Shown here one piece after another: positions 42,251 through 53,784 of a stretch of DNA of 64,000 nt. Origin of the DNA: Paraspadella gotoi (taxonomy: Eukaryota > Animalia > Chaetognatha). The notes below the pieces were generated by a model. The model was not told the origin of the DNA. It was given only the letters and a program-made list of their open reading frames with translations, and ran no database searches. The first letter of the stretch is position 1. Each line of letters starts with the position of its first letter. The stretch covers positions 23,920,411-23,984,410 of the forward strand of contig CM119266.1 in assembly GCA_051294375.1 (NCBI GenBank). Reading direction: 5' to 3'. A program made the position numbers and the translations under genes.

Positions 42251-44399
42251 ATAACAGGGTTCTTTTTGGTCAACTTGCTCTCTACTCTTTTCCTCTCTCT
42301 CCTCTCTTACTCTCTTCTCTCCCACGTCCCCGCCCTCTTTCCTCTCGACCTAAATCCATTTGTGTCTTTCTCCGTTTTTTGAAAATTGCAGGATTCTCGA
42401 ACGGCATGAANNNNNNNNNNNNNNNNNNNNNNNNNGACGATGACTTTTATTATGAGCAGGGGTGGGGACTCGGTCCGGCGGTCGAGGCGGCGGGCGAAGC
42501 GGCGGGCAACGCGGCTTCGGAAGCGACGGGCAAAACGCCGGCTGTAGCGGCGGGCGAAGCGGCAAGCGACGTAAGCCCCTCCAGGCTACGAGAGTTGAAA
42601 TTCAAATAAAAAAAAACAACTCATTTCTCGGCCTTTTTTTAGTTCGTTGCGAACTTTCTAGTTGTGTGCCACCTCAATTATAAATGTTACGATAAATGTT
42701 ACGATACGTTTTGATAATATCGTTGGCTGTAAATTTAATCAACGCCTCTATTTTATGGAAATTAAAATATCAAAATTAAAATCGTTAATGAGACCAGAAT
42801 TTGATGATCTTTTGGTCGTCGACCTTTTTACAAGGGCGGTTAACATCGCTGAAACATTTAGCTGTAGTCAGATAAGAGCAAGGAAATATTTAAAAGAAAT
42901 AAAAACTTATTTCAATACCTTTTCATAAATCTTCCTTCGCAAATTAATTGTTAAGTTTTTTTTTTACTCACGTTGATACAAATATTAACTAAAATCGTCT
43001 CCGTAGGAGCCATGTGAGAGCGCGAGATACGAGAATTTTCTCAACAAGTACATGAATGTTAAATAAAACTTCACTTTACTTCTTCAATTTTAATTAAATT
43101 TTAATTTAATTAAATAAAAAAATTGGATGATGATGATTTCTCACTTTCACATTTTTAGTCCACGTGAAAAACCGATGATCATAATACAAACAAAGCTTTC
43201 ATCTTGCTGCCACAATTATACTATTGATATGACCCTCCTTTTTTTTCCCCCCAATAATTGACCTTTTAATGAAAACGACGGCGAAGACGACGACGAAGAC
43301 GACGACGACCACGCATTCACCTGCGACGCCCGACGATAAAAGTCGGAATCGATCCATAGTTTATGACATTGAAATATGGCATCGATAACATGTGTCAGTG
43401 AGACGAAACGAGTCAATAAAAAGGAGACAAACCTCGAACCGAGAAATAAACATGAGGGTATCATAATTTTTACGGACCGTTTTTTTTGTGACAGTTTTTC
43501 CGAAGTCATTTTTTCGCAATTCTAGTTCGCGTAAGTACTCGTGTTCTTGCATTATAACAACTTCTTTTCTCGCGAATCTTGCTGCAAAGCAAAGGACAAA
43601 GAAAGAAAGACAAAGCAAGCAAAGACAAGAAAGTAAAAGAAGAAAAGGAATAAGCAAAGCGAAAGAAGAAAGGAAGGAAAGACAAGAAAAGAAAAGAAAC
43701 GAAAAAACGAAAAAAACGAAACAAAAAAAGAAAGAAAGAAACGACACATCAGAATATATCCACTAACGAAAGTACCTAAGAAATCAGACAAGACGAGAAT
43801 AGGAAAAGTACACTTTCAAGACGTCCCATAAGAAAGAGAACAGAAAGACCACAGAAAAGCAAAGAAAGGAAACGAAAGCAACGAATCGGAACGAACGAAC
43901 GGAACGAAAACGAACGACACGAGCAGACGAGAGCAGGACGAGAGAGAGGATAAGCGCCAACGATGGATGGAAATAACCCAAACCAGCGCAATACGTGGTA
44001 TCATTGGCTTACTAGACGTACTAGAAACGGTGGCAGGTCGGCGGAGCGGAATAAAAGCCCGGCAAAGGGCGTGACAGTTGGTCCGACACGCAGAGACGAA
44101 CTTCATTTCTATTTCGGGACAGAGAATCGAATCTCCGTTCTTAGACGGCAGAACAAAAGGAATTGCGATCGGAGGATAGTGACGCCTACTGGTCAAACGA
44201 AATTGCAGGCAAGATTTTCTGACTTGAAAGGTTGCCTGCAAGCTATGCAAAGCTAGTGTGCATCCAAGATGCTACATACAGATGCGAAAATTATCAAAAC
44301 TCACATCCGCTCACAATTCTCCGTGTTTCTGTCTAAGCATGTCGTCATCTCGTATCGTCTCTGCCTCTTCTCTCTCTCTCTCTCTCTCTCCCCTCTTCT

Positions 44400-44408
44400 C
44401 TTCTCTCT

Positions 44409-44480
<72 letters not shown>

Positions 44481-45137
44481 TCTCTCTGCTCTCATTCTCT
44501 CTCGCTTTGCAATTCTTTTCTTTCTTAGTTTCCGCCGCCGCTTTTCACGTCGCGCTTTCTAAGATCAAAGGGAATTCGCCGTCGTTCGCTATCTACAATC
44601 AAACCCCGCCGCTGCGCTGCCGCCCGTTCTCCGACTTGCTGCCGCGCCGCCGACCGCCGCCGCCGCCGCTCGAACGTTACGCGGTCAGACGTGCACCGCC
44701 GCCCATTCTCCACTGACTGCCGCCCGGCCAGCACGGTACGGCCATTTAAAACTGGTCATTTAATGATTGGGCAGGTAAGCGTAATGGTTTCCGGATCTTC
44801 GGCGCGGCGCAGGCCCCTTCCTCGAGGCCCGCGCGGGGGGGTGAGATTCTCGTTTCGTCTGTTCACCTGCTCGTATGCCTGCGCAGCCTGTAAGCAGAAG
44901 AGAGAGAGAGAGAAAGGATCAGAGAGGAGATGGAGATGAGAGGAGAGAGAAGTAGATGAGAGAGAGAGAGAGAGTGCGCTCTAGATTTTATGCGGAATCG
45001 AAGGAACGACACGTGATTGGGCTGAGCTGCCATTCGTAGTAGAGTAAAGTGGGAAGGAGACAGTAAGACCTGAGGGATCGAGTATATTGGCCTCTTGCGA
45101 TATCGGGGGAAGTGGGAGATTGAGAAGAAGAAGAAGA

Positions 45138-45203
<66 letters not shown>

Positions 45204-45430
45204 ATGAGTTACCCCGTCACGATTCACGAATCTACGCGAAACGTTTGGCGCGGAATGGAAATGGCGATCTCGAGACGTGGCGATGGCGCCGAAGATGGCG
45301 CCATCGCGAAAAGTCCGACAGAGACGGCAAAAGGCGCGCCGTCTCGCGAGAGAGAGGGGGAAAGAGAGAGAAAAGTGGCCCTGTAAATATTAATTCGCGG
45401 CCACGAAATCTGGAGCGGACGAGAGAGTGA
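44400..45430. repeat. Inverted duplicate C, arm 2
   Basis: Reverse complement of 39800-40900; includes a (GACGGC)n(GAC)n tract at about 45135-45202. Confidence 0.9.
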
Positions 45431-46299
45431 GAAAAGTGGGAATCGACATAAAACATCATTTGGGTCGAATCTCGTGGCCGACGCCGCAAATGGAACCGTC
45501 AATGAAACCCGTATGTAACCTGGAAAAAAAAGTTTGGAACCGAAAATTAAACCCGGATGTAACCAAAAACAAAAGTCGCAATGGAACCGGAAATGGAAAG
45601 GTGGAGAAAGGGTGTAACTGTAATCTTGAAGGGACTCGAGCGATTGGGTGGTAGGGGAATTCTGTCATTATATCATTCTGTTATTGTGTCACTGTTGTCA
45701 CCTGAGTAGTATATCTGTTATGAAAATGAACTAATTTTAACGCATACTAACAGTCTCAAGAAGGCACGGAGACATTTAAGAGGACAATTGCCAGTCTCGC
45801 ATAATAAGTGAAATCAATTAAAAGTAACTTTTCCCGGATTTTCGACTGGAAACGACCGGTTCGCGTCCCTCAACTGGAAATGTTTTTCCCGTATTAAACA
45901 AATCGCTGCCCTTTAATTAGTCGCGCCATGGGAACGAAAACAATAATCGAGTTCGTTTGAGAAAAAAGTGGAGCAATAAAAGGAAAGTTAAGTTTGGAAA
46001 TGAAAGCGATAAAATTTGAAGTCAAAAGTCATTTGAAGAAGTAAAAAGGAATAGACGTCAGCGAAAAAAAATAACGACCTCGAAGACGATGACGACGACA
46101 ACGGCGACGATGACGACGACGATAAAGAGAAATGGGACTTTTCGTCATCGTCATCGTCACTGAGGAGTGCCTTTAATAAAGATTATTGTATTAATGTGTA
46201 GCTACAAACTATACAAAAAGATTAATAAAGTAAAAATGTAAAAAAAAAGGAAAATAAAAAAGGAAAGAGAAGAAAAAATAAACTAATAAAAAAATAAAA

Positions 46300-46300
46300 A

Positions 46301-46388
<88 letters not shown>

Positions 46389-46389
46389 A
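46300..46389. repeat. (GAAA)n microsatellite
   Basis: Directly visible. Confidence 0.95.
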
Positions 46390-47239
46390 GTGAAACGAGG
46401 GGAAAAAAAGAAAGTAATATTCGGAAGGGGAAAAAATCCTGCAGCGCGCACCGAAAAGCCATTAGATTTATGGAGAAACGTTTTCGGTCTCATCGTCTGA
46501 CTTGTAATATTTACTAAGTTAGTTAAATTTTTCCAACTTTCTATTTTGTTCAGCGATAAAATGAAAATTAATTTCTATATCAAGGCATAATTTTTTTCTC
46601 CTTTTAGAAGTCTAAAAAAAAAATTAAATAGTATTATCTTATCTTCAATTAGGTTTTTTTTTGGCGATTTTGTCTACGACTCCCAATCGGAATTCTCTTT
46701 GAAAAATTTTTTTTTCAATTTCACTTTGACGTCAATTTTCGTCGCTTGGGGTCGCCGTTTGTCGCCCAAATGACATTATTGCCTCACGTGATCGCGTGAG
46801 ATTTTTGCGACGCAAAGGTCATAAAAAAAAACGCCGCCCATCGACTCAATCTTTAAATTGTTCACGAAATTAAAGAACGATGAGAATTTCCAAGGTTTTT
46901 CTTTATATATATATATAGTACGTGCAACACTAGAAAATATTATTATTACTATTTAAAAACCTTTATAAAATCGGTATCAAAGTTTTGTACTTTATACTAG
47001 TTGGGCCTTGAGTTAAAAACATTAGAATATTGGGAAAAATAGTTTCGAATAAATAATGAAAGAAAGAAATAGAAGCGATGCAAAGGGAAAAAAGAAAGAC
47101 GAAAGAAAAGAGAAAGCGTGAACGAGAAAGAAGAAAAAAGTATTCTCAAGCAATGAACCCATTTTTATGCTAAGAATCTCTCTCGCTCTCGCTCGCGCCA
47201 ACAAAGAAAAAGAGAGAGAAAGTCGAAAACGAGGCCGGC

Positions 47240-47308
<69 letters not shown>

Positions 47309-48229
47309 TGGCGGAGTTTCATGGTTTACGACCTCCCCGGAATGGCTGGCGCGGAGGACGTCGCTATGACGACGGCGCGCGGGAGGGATGTGGAAACGGA
47401 CAAATAGGAAGACTCGTTTGAATCCTCAGCAACGAATCACGCAGTGGAATTTGAGAATGAGCGTCTGTGCGTGGGGCTTCCCGGGAAAGGAGAAAAGCGG
47501 AATATCAATACGGAATAAAATCACCCATGGAGATTTTTTTTTATCTACGATGTCTCTATGGCGGNNNNNNNNNNNNNNNNNNNNNNNNNNNNNNNNNNNN
47601 NNNNNNNNNNNNNNNNNNNNNNNNNNNNNNNNNNNNNNNNNNNNNNNNNNNNNNNNNNNNNNNNNNNNNNNNNNNNNNNNNNNNNNNNNNNNNNNNNNNN
47701 NNNNNNNNNNNNNNNNNNNNNNNNNNNNNNNNNNNNNNNNNNNNNNNNNNNNNNNNNNCCGCCATATCTATTTTTGAAAGAGAAAGCTCCGGCTAATAGA
47801 AAAGCATTTACTTTCCTATTCAAAATCTTTGTACTATATAGTATATACTAAGTAAATTTATTAATTTATTTCGTGCCCTCCAACTTTTCTACTTTTAAAA
47901 ATTTCAACAATAAAATTTTCAGCGGAAATGAAAAAAGCAAATCACTCAATCTGCTTATATATTTTTTTTTAGACAAAAGAACACTCTCGTCTAGAAAACA
48001 TTCCCAAACCTAAAATTTAGAGTTTCGTTTTATTTCTTCCGCCGCTGACTCCCTTTGTTTCCTCCTGTCCCCGCCTCGTATTTTCCTCTTCCAAAGAAAG
48101 GGAGGAGCAAAAAGATATTAGGGAAGGAGACCGAGAGAGAGAGACAGAGAGAGAGAGAAAGAGAGAGAAAGAGAGAGTAGAGAGAGAGAGAGAGAGAGAG
48201 ATAGAGAGAAGAGAGAGAGCGAGAGAGAG

Positions 48230-48420
48230 AGAAAAAATGGAGGATGGCGCAGCTGCGCTTCGGCGTCGTTTGGCGGCGTCGTTTGGCGGCGTTTCCCGCC
48301 GTCGTTCATCGCCATAAGCTTTCGCCTTATGACGTCATTTCCGGTTTTACGACCGCCCTTAAGATGTCGCTTCGACGGCCCGAGCGACGCCGGCTGCAGC
48401 CTCGTTTTCGTCGACGACGC
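48230..48420. promoter_or_regulatory. CpG-rich promoter-like island (ETS-CRE composite, E2F-like sites)
   Basis: ATGACGTCATTTCCGG at 48329-48344, TTTGGCGG twice and TTTCCCGCC at 48268-48300. Confidence 0.45.
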
Positions 48421-49152
48421 ATTTGGTTACCTGGCAACGGGACGATGATTGATACCCGATAAAACCGGCGCCGTAAAAAAATGCAGCGCCGAAGATAAAA
48501 AAAAAGGGCGAGCGCGTTCGGTTCCATTTTCATCGACTGAAGAAAAATTTCGATTTAAATACTTTTAGTTTTACTAACGGAAATGCGAAGTACACTGAGG
48601 ATAGATTTGCCCAAATTTGAAAATGAACCCCGCAGTGGTCGGTCATTAATGAGGGCTAAACGCTCAAGTCTCATGAGTCAATGACGCGAGCGTCGAAATT
48701 TCATACCTTCATCTCTAAATCGCTGAAATTACCACGATAAATGTGCGTAAATATCTGAAAGAAAATTTCCCGATGTAAAGAGCCGGAAATTGCAACGGTA
48801 CTTTGAATGTTAAAAAGAATGAAATGGAGACTGAATTCCGGATGTGAAAAGCCGGAAGTTGAGGCGGTACTCCGTACTGGAACCGGAAACGACTTTTATG
48901 TCGCCGTCTTTTTTTTTTTATTGGTTTTCTCGACGCCGGCGCCGAATTTACGGAGATTCACAGGAGAAATAAAAAATATTTATTTTTATTCCGAAAAAGA
49001 AAATGATTGAAATCTTCGCTTTTGAATGTAAACCCTTTTCTGCGTGAGTCATCGTCACATGATATAATCATATATTGATAAGCAGTTTTTAACGTATCCA
49101 ATTTAACGAAAGATCAAAGAAAAAACTAATTTACGAAAACAATTCTAATAAT

Positions 49153-49158
49153 TTTATT
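49153..49158 (-). terminator. Candidate polyadenylation signal of the FABP-like gene
   Basis: AATAAA on the minus strand about 150 nt after the stop codon, in AT-rich sequence. Confidence 0.45.
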
Positions 49159-49306
49159 TAAAATAATTACATTTTTGTAAAACAGCAACAAATTGACTCC
49201 AACACGAAATATTTATAGTCGATTTTATGATTAAAGTTCATTTCTCGCCATACTGACACTGTTTGGAATAACCCAAGGCCTTCGTCAGCGAATATCACCA
49301 ATAGAG

Positions 49307-49618
49307 TCACTCCCGCCTGAACCACCGTTTGCAAACTATATTTTTGAAGTGGACGACCTGAAGCATATTGCCGTCCTCCAGCAGCTCGCGAGTGCTGTAC
49401 TCGATCACCTCGTCCGAAGTTTCCGAGGCGAAAGACTTTCCCACGAGTTTCCCATCTTCCAAAACTATCATGACGTGCATGGGTTTTTCTGTGACGGGAT
49501 GCGAAGCGTTGTAGCGCTTGTCAAGGGTGTAGGTGGTCGACGGACTGCGGAAGGCCGTAAACTCCGTCGCCGTCCATGTTCCGTCCTTGTTCTTCACCAT
49601 CTCAATGGTGCAACGGCC
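49307..49618 (-). CDS. Last coding exon of the FABP/CRABP-like gene (joined product about 144 aa)
   Basis: Polypyrimidine tract plus CAG acceptor (CCTTTCTTTCCTTCTTCCCAG|GGC). Encodes GRCTIEMVKNKDGTWTATEFTAFRS...LEDGKLV...STRELLEDGNMLQVVHFKNIVCKRWFRRE*, with FABP hallmarks (LEDGKLV, TRE, VCKRxF/Y terminal strand). Confidence 0.88.
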   Translation of the reverse strand, partial: GRCTIEMVKNKDGTWTATEFTAFRSPSTTYTLDKRYNASHPVTEKPMHVMIVLEDGKLVGKSFASETSDEVIEYSTRELLEDGNMLQVVHFKNIVCKRWFRRE

Positions 49619-49914
49619 CTGGGAAGAAGGAAAGAAAGGTTTTGTCAGGTTGTGAGGTAATTTACGCCGACAGATACTATTTAATTTACTTTTTAGGTTT
49701 AAACAAAACAGTTTTAAATCTGTGAAGTAACTATAACTTTTCAATATATCCGTTACGGCGTTAGCTCACAGCTCCTTTACAAAACAACCACCGAAAGCTT
49801 ATAGCTTCCAACCTACACCTATGATCAAAATAAAAAATAAAAAATCTTAAAAGTAGTATTGATCGAGCCTGCTAGCTATCAAAGAAAATTAATAAAAAAA
49901 TCCGGGAAAAAACG

Positions 49915-50240
49915 AATGATTGATGCGATAACGAATTATTGATGTAATAGTAATTTATTGATAGGAATTGATTATTGATGCGATGATAACCAATTATTGA
50001 CGCGATGATAACCAAATATTGATGCAATGATAACGAATAATTAATGCGATGATAACGAATAATTAATGCGATGATAACCAAATGATTGATGTTATGATAA
50101 CCAAATGATTGATGTGATGATAACCAAATAATTGATGCGATGATAGTCATTCATTGATGTGATGATAATCATTTATTGATACGATGATAGTCATTCATTG
50201 ATGCGATGATAGTCATTCATTGATGCGATGAATCATTCAT
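49915..50240. repeat. 22-23-bp minisatellite in the FABP intron
   Basis: Repeating unit approximating TTGATGCGATGATAACCAAATA/TTGATGCGATGATAGTCATTCA, more than ten copies. Confidence 0.9.
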
Positions 50241-50862
50241 CATAAATAAAACAAACAAATGCGTGTATGAGTGAAAGAGAGAGAGAAAGAGAGAGAGATA
50301 GAAAGAGAATAAATCCACGAAAATCTCGGATGTAAATTTGAGATTTTGTATTGTGAAAAAAGCGCGGAATAAATGGAGAAAATAAAAGTTTTTAGAAGGA
50401 AAAAAATAATCAAATTTTTTCAAAAAACGAACGATCACGCAAGAGACCATTCAGAGAGAGAGAGAGACAGAGAGAGACAGAGACAGAGAGAGACAGAGAG
50501 AGAAAGAGAGAGAAAGAGAAAGCTGTACACTGGAAGCTCGCTGTACAATCACTGCAGAGCCTGAACTCATTTTTAAACTATTCAGAAAAGGCAGCGCCTG
50601 ACAAATATAGGAAGAAACATAAATATATAATTTGAAGAAATATATGTTTTTTAATGATTCAAAGATTTTTTTATGAATTTTATTTTCAATATTATTTACT
50701 GCAATATGTAAATTAGATTAAAGCACTTTTATATACTAATTTGAATATTATAATGAGTACTATAATTCATTTGCATATTGTGGTAAATCATAATGAAATG
50801 GAAATTCAAACCAAAAATACTTGAATCTAAATGTAATAGTATGGTGGACTAAAATCCACCAA

Positions 50863-50935
50863 CCGGTCATTGGTGCCAGAGGCAAGTCATTTGCCTTCCA
50901 ACCCAAAGGTCCGGGGTTTTTGCCCGGTGGTCGCC
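50863..50935 (+). pseudogene. Degenerate tRNA-Gly(TCC)-like sequence, possible tRNA-derived SINE head, in the FABP intron
   Basis: A-box-like TGGTGCCAGAGG, GCCTTCCAA anticodon-loop sequence as in tRNA-Gly(TCC), T-arm-like stem CCGGG/CCCGG with a 7-nt loop that has lost TTCRA. Confidence 0.5.
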
Positions 50936-51344
50936 CAGCAGTTAAGAGGGATGGGGCGTTTAACCCATCTGTAAGACGGTATTACAACCTGATCCGAAGT
51001 TCAGGGACTGCTTATATTGAACGGTTCTGTCATTAGCACATATCTATAATTACTGTCTCTTCAATAAGAAAATTTTAAAGCTATTTCAAGATGAGAAGCC
51101 ATATCCAAATTTTTAACTTACGATGATCGCACACTTTTATAAAACTTCATCGTAATTCATAATAATTTTTATTTAAAAAAAAACGGTAAGCCCCAGCCAA
51201 AACTATAAAAGCGTAGTAGTTTTTATAGAAAAAAGAGTGACGCCGACGACAACGCGGATAACGACGACGACGACGACGACGTCACAAAGAGTCCTGACCG
51301 GCTTCGCCGGCAGGCTCGATAAAAAAACCCAATACGTCTGCAAC

Positions 51345-51467
51345 CTTGTTGACGATTTTTCGCGGGATGAAACCAATGCCGTGCGCTGCCAAGTAGTTGT
51401 CAAAATTCTCGTTTTTGGTGCACCTCCATCTGTTCCCAAGAATTAGGTAGCGAAAAGAATTGAACAT
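51345..51467 (-). CDS. First coding exon of a fatty acid-/retinoid-binding protein (FABP/CRABP, iLBP calycin family)
   Basis: MFNSFRYLILGNRWRCTKNENFDNYLAAHGIGFIPRKIVNK matches the FABP N-terminal signature (G..W, ENFDxYLxAxG[VI]G...RK). Phase-0 donor AAG|GTTGCA gives the best register with exon 2; alternative phase-0 donor GAC|GTATTG would end the exon at 51336. Confidence 0.85.
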
Positions 51468-51953
51468 GTTAAGGAACGACCTTATTAATTTGCTAAATAA
51501 TATTGATAAGGGTTTTTACCGTCCTATGAAATCCTCGTGTGTTGCGTCCGTCTTATGTTTCATTATTTGCGCTTCCGAGGACAGATCCTAACCAACAAGA
51601 GAATATTTGAATATTCATTTATAGAAATTACTCAGACATTTCTCATTTTTAATTAAATTTATATTTGCCGAAATTATTATATTTAAAGTTATTTTACTCA
51701 ATGGAATTAATCTTATGAGATTACTTGTGGTTGTTCAACGTTCATTGTCCGCTCATTTCAATATCCAACGTAAGATCGAAGTTTTTCCGTATCTCTAATT
51801 TTTAAGCGCTTTTTACAAGACGGTTTAGGGAGTTATTGAAGGAATGATGCGCTTTAAAAAAAATTATCGAAACTGAAAAGAACCTAATAGTTTTTTTAAT
51901 GGTCTTATTCATTTTTATGTTCACATCTTAGTAAGTAGGAGTTAAATTCTATT

Positions 51954-52200
51954 GATAGATAAATAGACTGATAGACAGATAGACAGATAGATAGATAGAT
52001 AGATAGATAGATAAGAAGAAGAAAGAAAGAAACGAAGAGAAAGAAGAAAGAGAAAGAAAAGGAAAAAGAAAGAAGAAGAAAGAAAGAAAAGAGAAAGAGA
52101 AGAAAGGAAAAAGAAAGAGATAAGAGAGAGAAAGAAATAAAAGAAAGAAAAGAGAAGAAGAAAAGGAAGGAAGAAAGGAAAAAATAGGAAAATCTAAAAA
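51954..52200. repeat. (GATA)n/(GACA) tract followed by a purine-only A/G tract
   Basis: Directly visible. Confidence 0.85.
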
Positions 52201-52279
52201 AAGGAGGAAATAAAATTTCCTTAGGGAAAAATTTTCTTCGACGAGGTTTTTTAGAATCGGATAAAAGATTTGTGGGAAA

Positions 52280-52313
52280 CGGCGTCGGCGTCGTCTTTGG
52301 TGTCGGCGTCGTC

Positions 52314-52349
<36 letters not shown>

Positions 52350-52358
52350 TTCGGCGTC
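52280..52358. repeat. (GGCGTC)n hexanucleotide repeat
   Basis: Directly visible; explains the ADADAD ORF. Confidence 0.85.
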
Positions 52359-52804
52359 AGCGACGCCAGCGCCTTGGATGTCGGCGACGTCGGTGGCGTT
52401 CGTGGCGGCGTTGAAAAACGGCGCCGGTGAAATGGCGTCAGAGGCTTGATGCTTTGTCGTCTTCAATTTTAACTTTTTTTAGAATTAAATTAAAAGTAAG
52501 CTTTGTTTAACTTTAAGGTTATAGAGTTTATTTATTTATTAATTGTTCACTCATTCATTCAAACAATCAATTTTTCCTATCTCAATCTAATAATAAAAAG
52601 TGCATTGATTAATTTATGTGTTCATTAATTATTTTTGTTCATTATTCTGTTACTTCAAAAATTTTATTCAGTTTAAGTTTTACTATAACTTTGATAAACA
52701 GATAACTTCTACATCTCCGAGATCAATTATGTGGCAATCAAATAAAGTTACCCTAAATCTTTCTAACTCCCGCGCTTTTTCAATCACACACATCAATTAG
52801 ACCC

Positions 52805-52995
52805 ACTCACCTCAGATATTCGTGGATGTCTCGAGACCCGGAACCGGAACCCGGAACCGCCGATTCTTTCGCGAAAGGAAGGAAGTGACGTGACCACTGA
52901 CCAGTCGAGTTCCGGTTCGACTTCGTCACGACCGGAATCAGCGTCCGGAAAACCGGTTCCGTCTCGTCACTGTCGGCCAAAGCCGGAAATTCGTG
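52805..52995 (-). promoter_or_regulatory. Candidate promoter and non-coding first exon of the FABP-like gene
   Basis: CpG-rich island with many CCGGAA (ETS) cores, GGAAGTGACGT ETS-CRE composite (52881-52891) and TTTCGCGAAA palindrome, ending at a perfect minus-strand donor GAG|GTGAGT (exon end 52811), about 1.35 kb upstream of the ATG. Confidence 0.45.
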
Positions 52996-53784
52996 TCTCG
53001 GACGAAGGATTTTATGACCACAATAAAAAGAAGAAACGGTGATATTTAGATATTTAGACTGTGGGTTTTAATTTAAATTTTTATCTACATATTTGTCCCC
53101 TTACCGATATTTATTTTTCAATTTACTCGTTCGTTTAATAATTTTTGTCTCCTTCGCTTGTGTAGCTGTAAATGTAGCGATAAATGTCAATATATATTTT
53201 AATTCTTTCGATTTCAAACGTTAAGCTTAAAGTCTAAACGAATCATTACCCAAAACGCTTTGAACCTTGAATCTTTTTTCCCTTCCTCTCTCTGCCGCTA
53301 AGGGTGACGCCGATAAGAATAAAAATAAGGGAGAAACGACGTGATATTCTTTCGTCTGTTGTCGTCGTCGTCGTCATCGTCGTCTGAGGGTTGTCTGCAA
53401 TTTGGCGAAGGAACGGCAGCATTCGGTCATTTGATTTCGTTTTATTGCTTCTGGTTTCGGGGGTAAAAAGGGAAGGGCGACGACAACGACGACGACGACG
53501 TCGACGACTAAGAGGAATGGAAAGAACGACGACGACGAAGACCGCGGCGACGTCAAAGGTGACGCCTCGGCGCGGAATGCCATTGCCTTATGGCGCGTGA
53601 AATGGCTTCGGCGAGAAATAAAAGGAGTCAAAGGGTGGCTCCAGACGAGGAAAGGGTGACGGGAAGGTGGTCGGAGAGGGGGGAATGAGAATGGCGTGGG
53701 TGGTTGACGGGGCGGGGTGGTGGGGATGTTTTGGATAATTCGTCTGGAGAAGAACTAGCAATCGTAAGCCTAAGCGTCAACTCT

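Noticed and set aside
43963-44256. 97-aa ORF (WYHWLTRR, ELHFYF) with faint homeobox-like words
   Set aside because: About 45 nt too short for a homeobox, no WFQN, opposite strand to exon 1 and in noisy sequence; worth rechecking only after polishing.
49619-49744. N-terminal part of the 145-aa ORF
   Set aside because: Intronic read-through upstream of the CAG acceptor.
49915-50240. Regularly spaced repeats as a possible CRISPR array
   Set aside because: Head-to-tail units without unique spacers, no cas genes, eukaryotic intron.
50533-50554. GAAGCTCG match to the miR-993-3p seed
   Set aside because: Rest of the mature sequence and the complementary 5p arm are absent.
52251-52466. ADADAD-repeat ORF
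   Set aside because: Product of a (GGCGTC)n repeat within the presumed FABP 5' intron.
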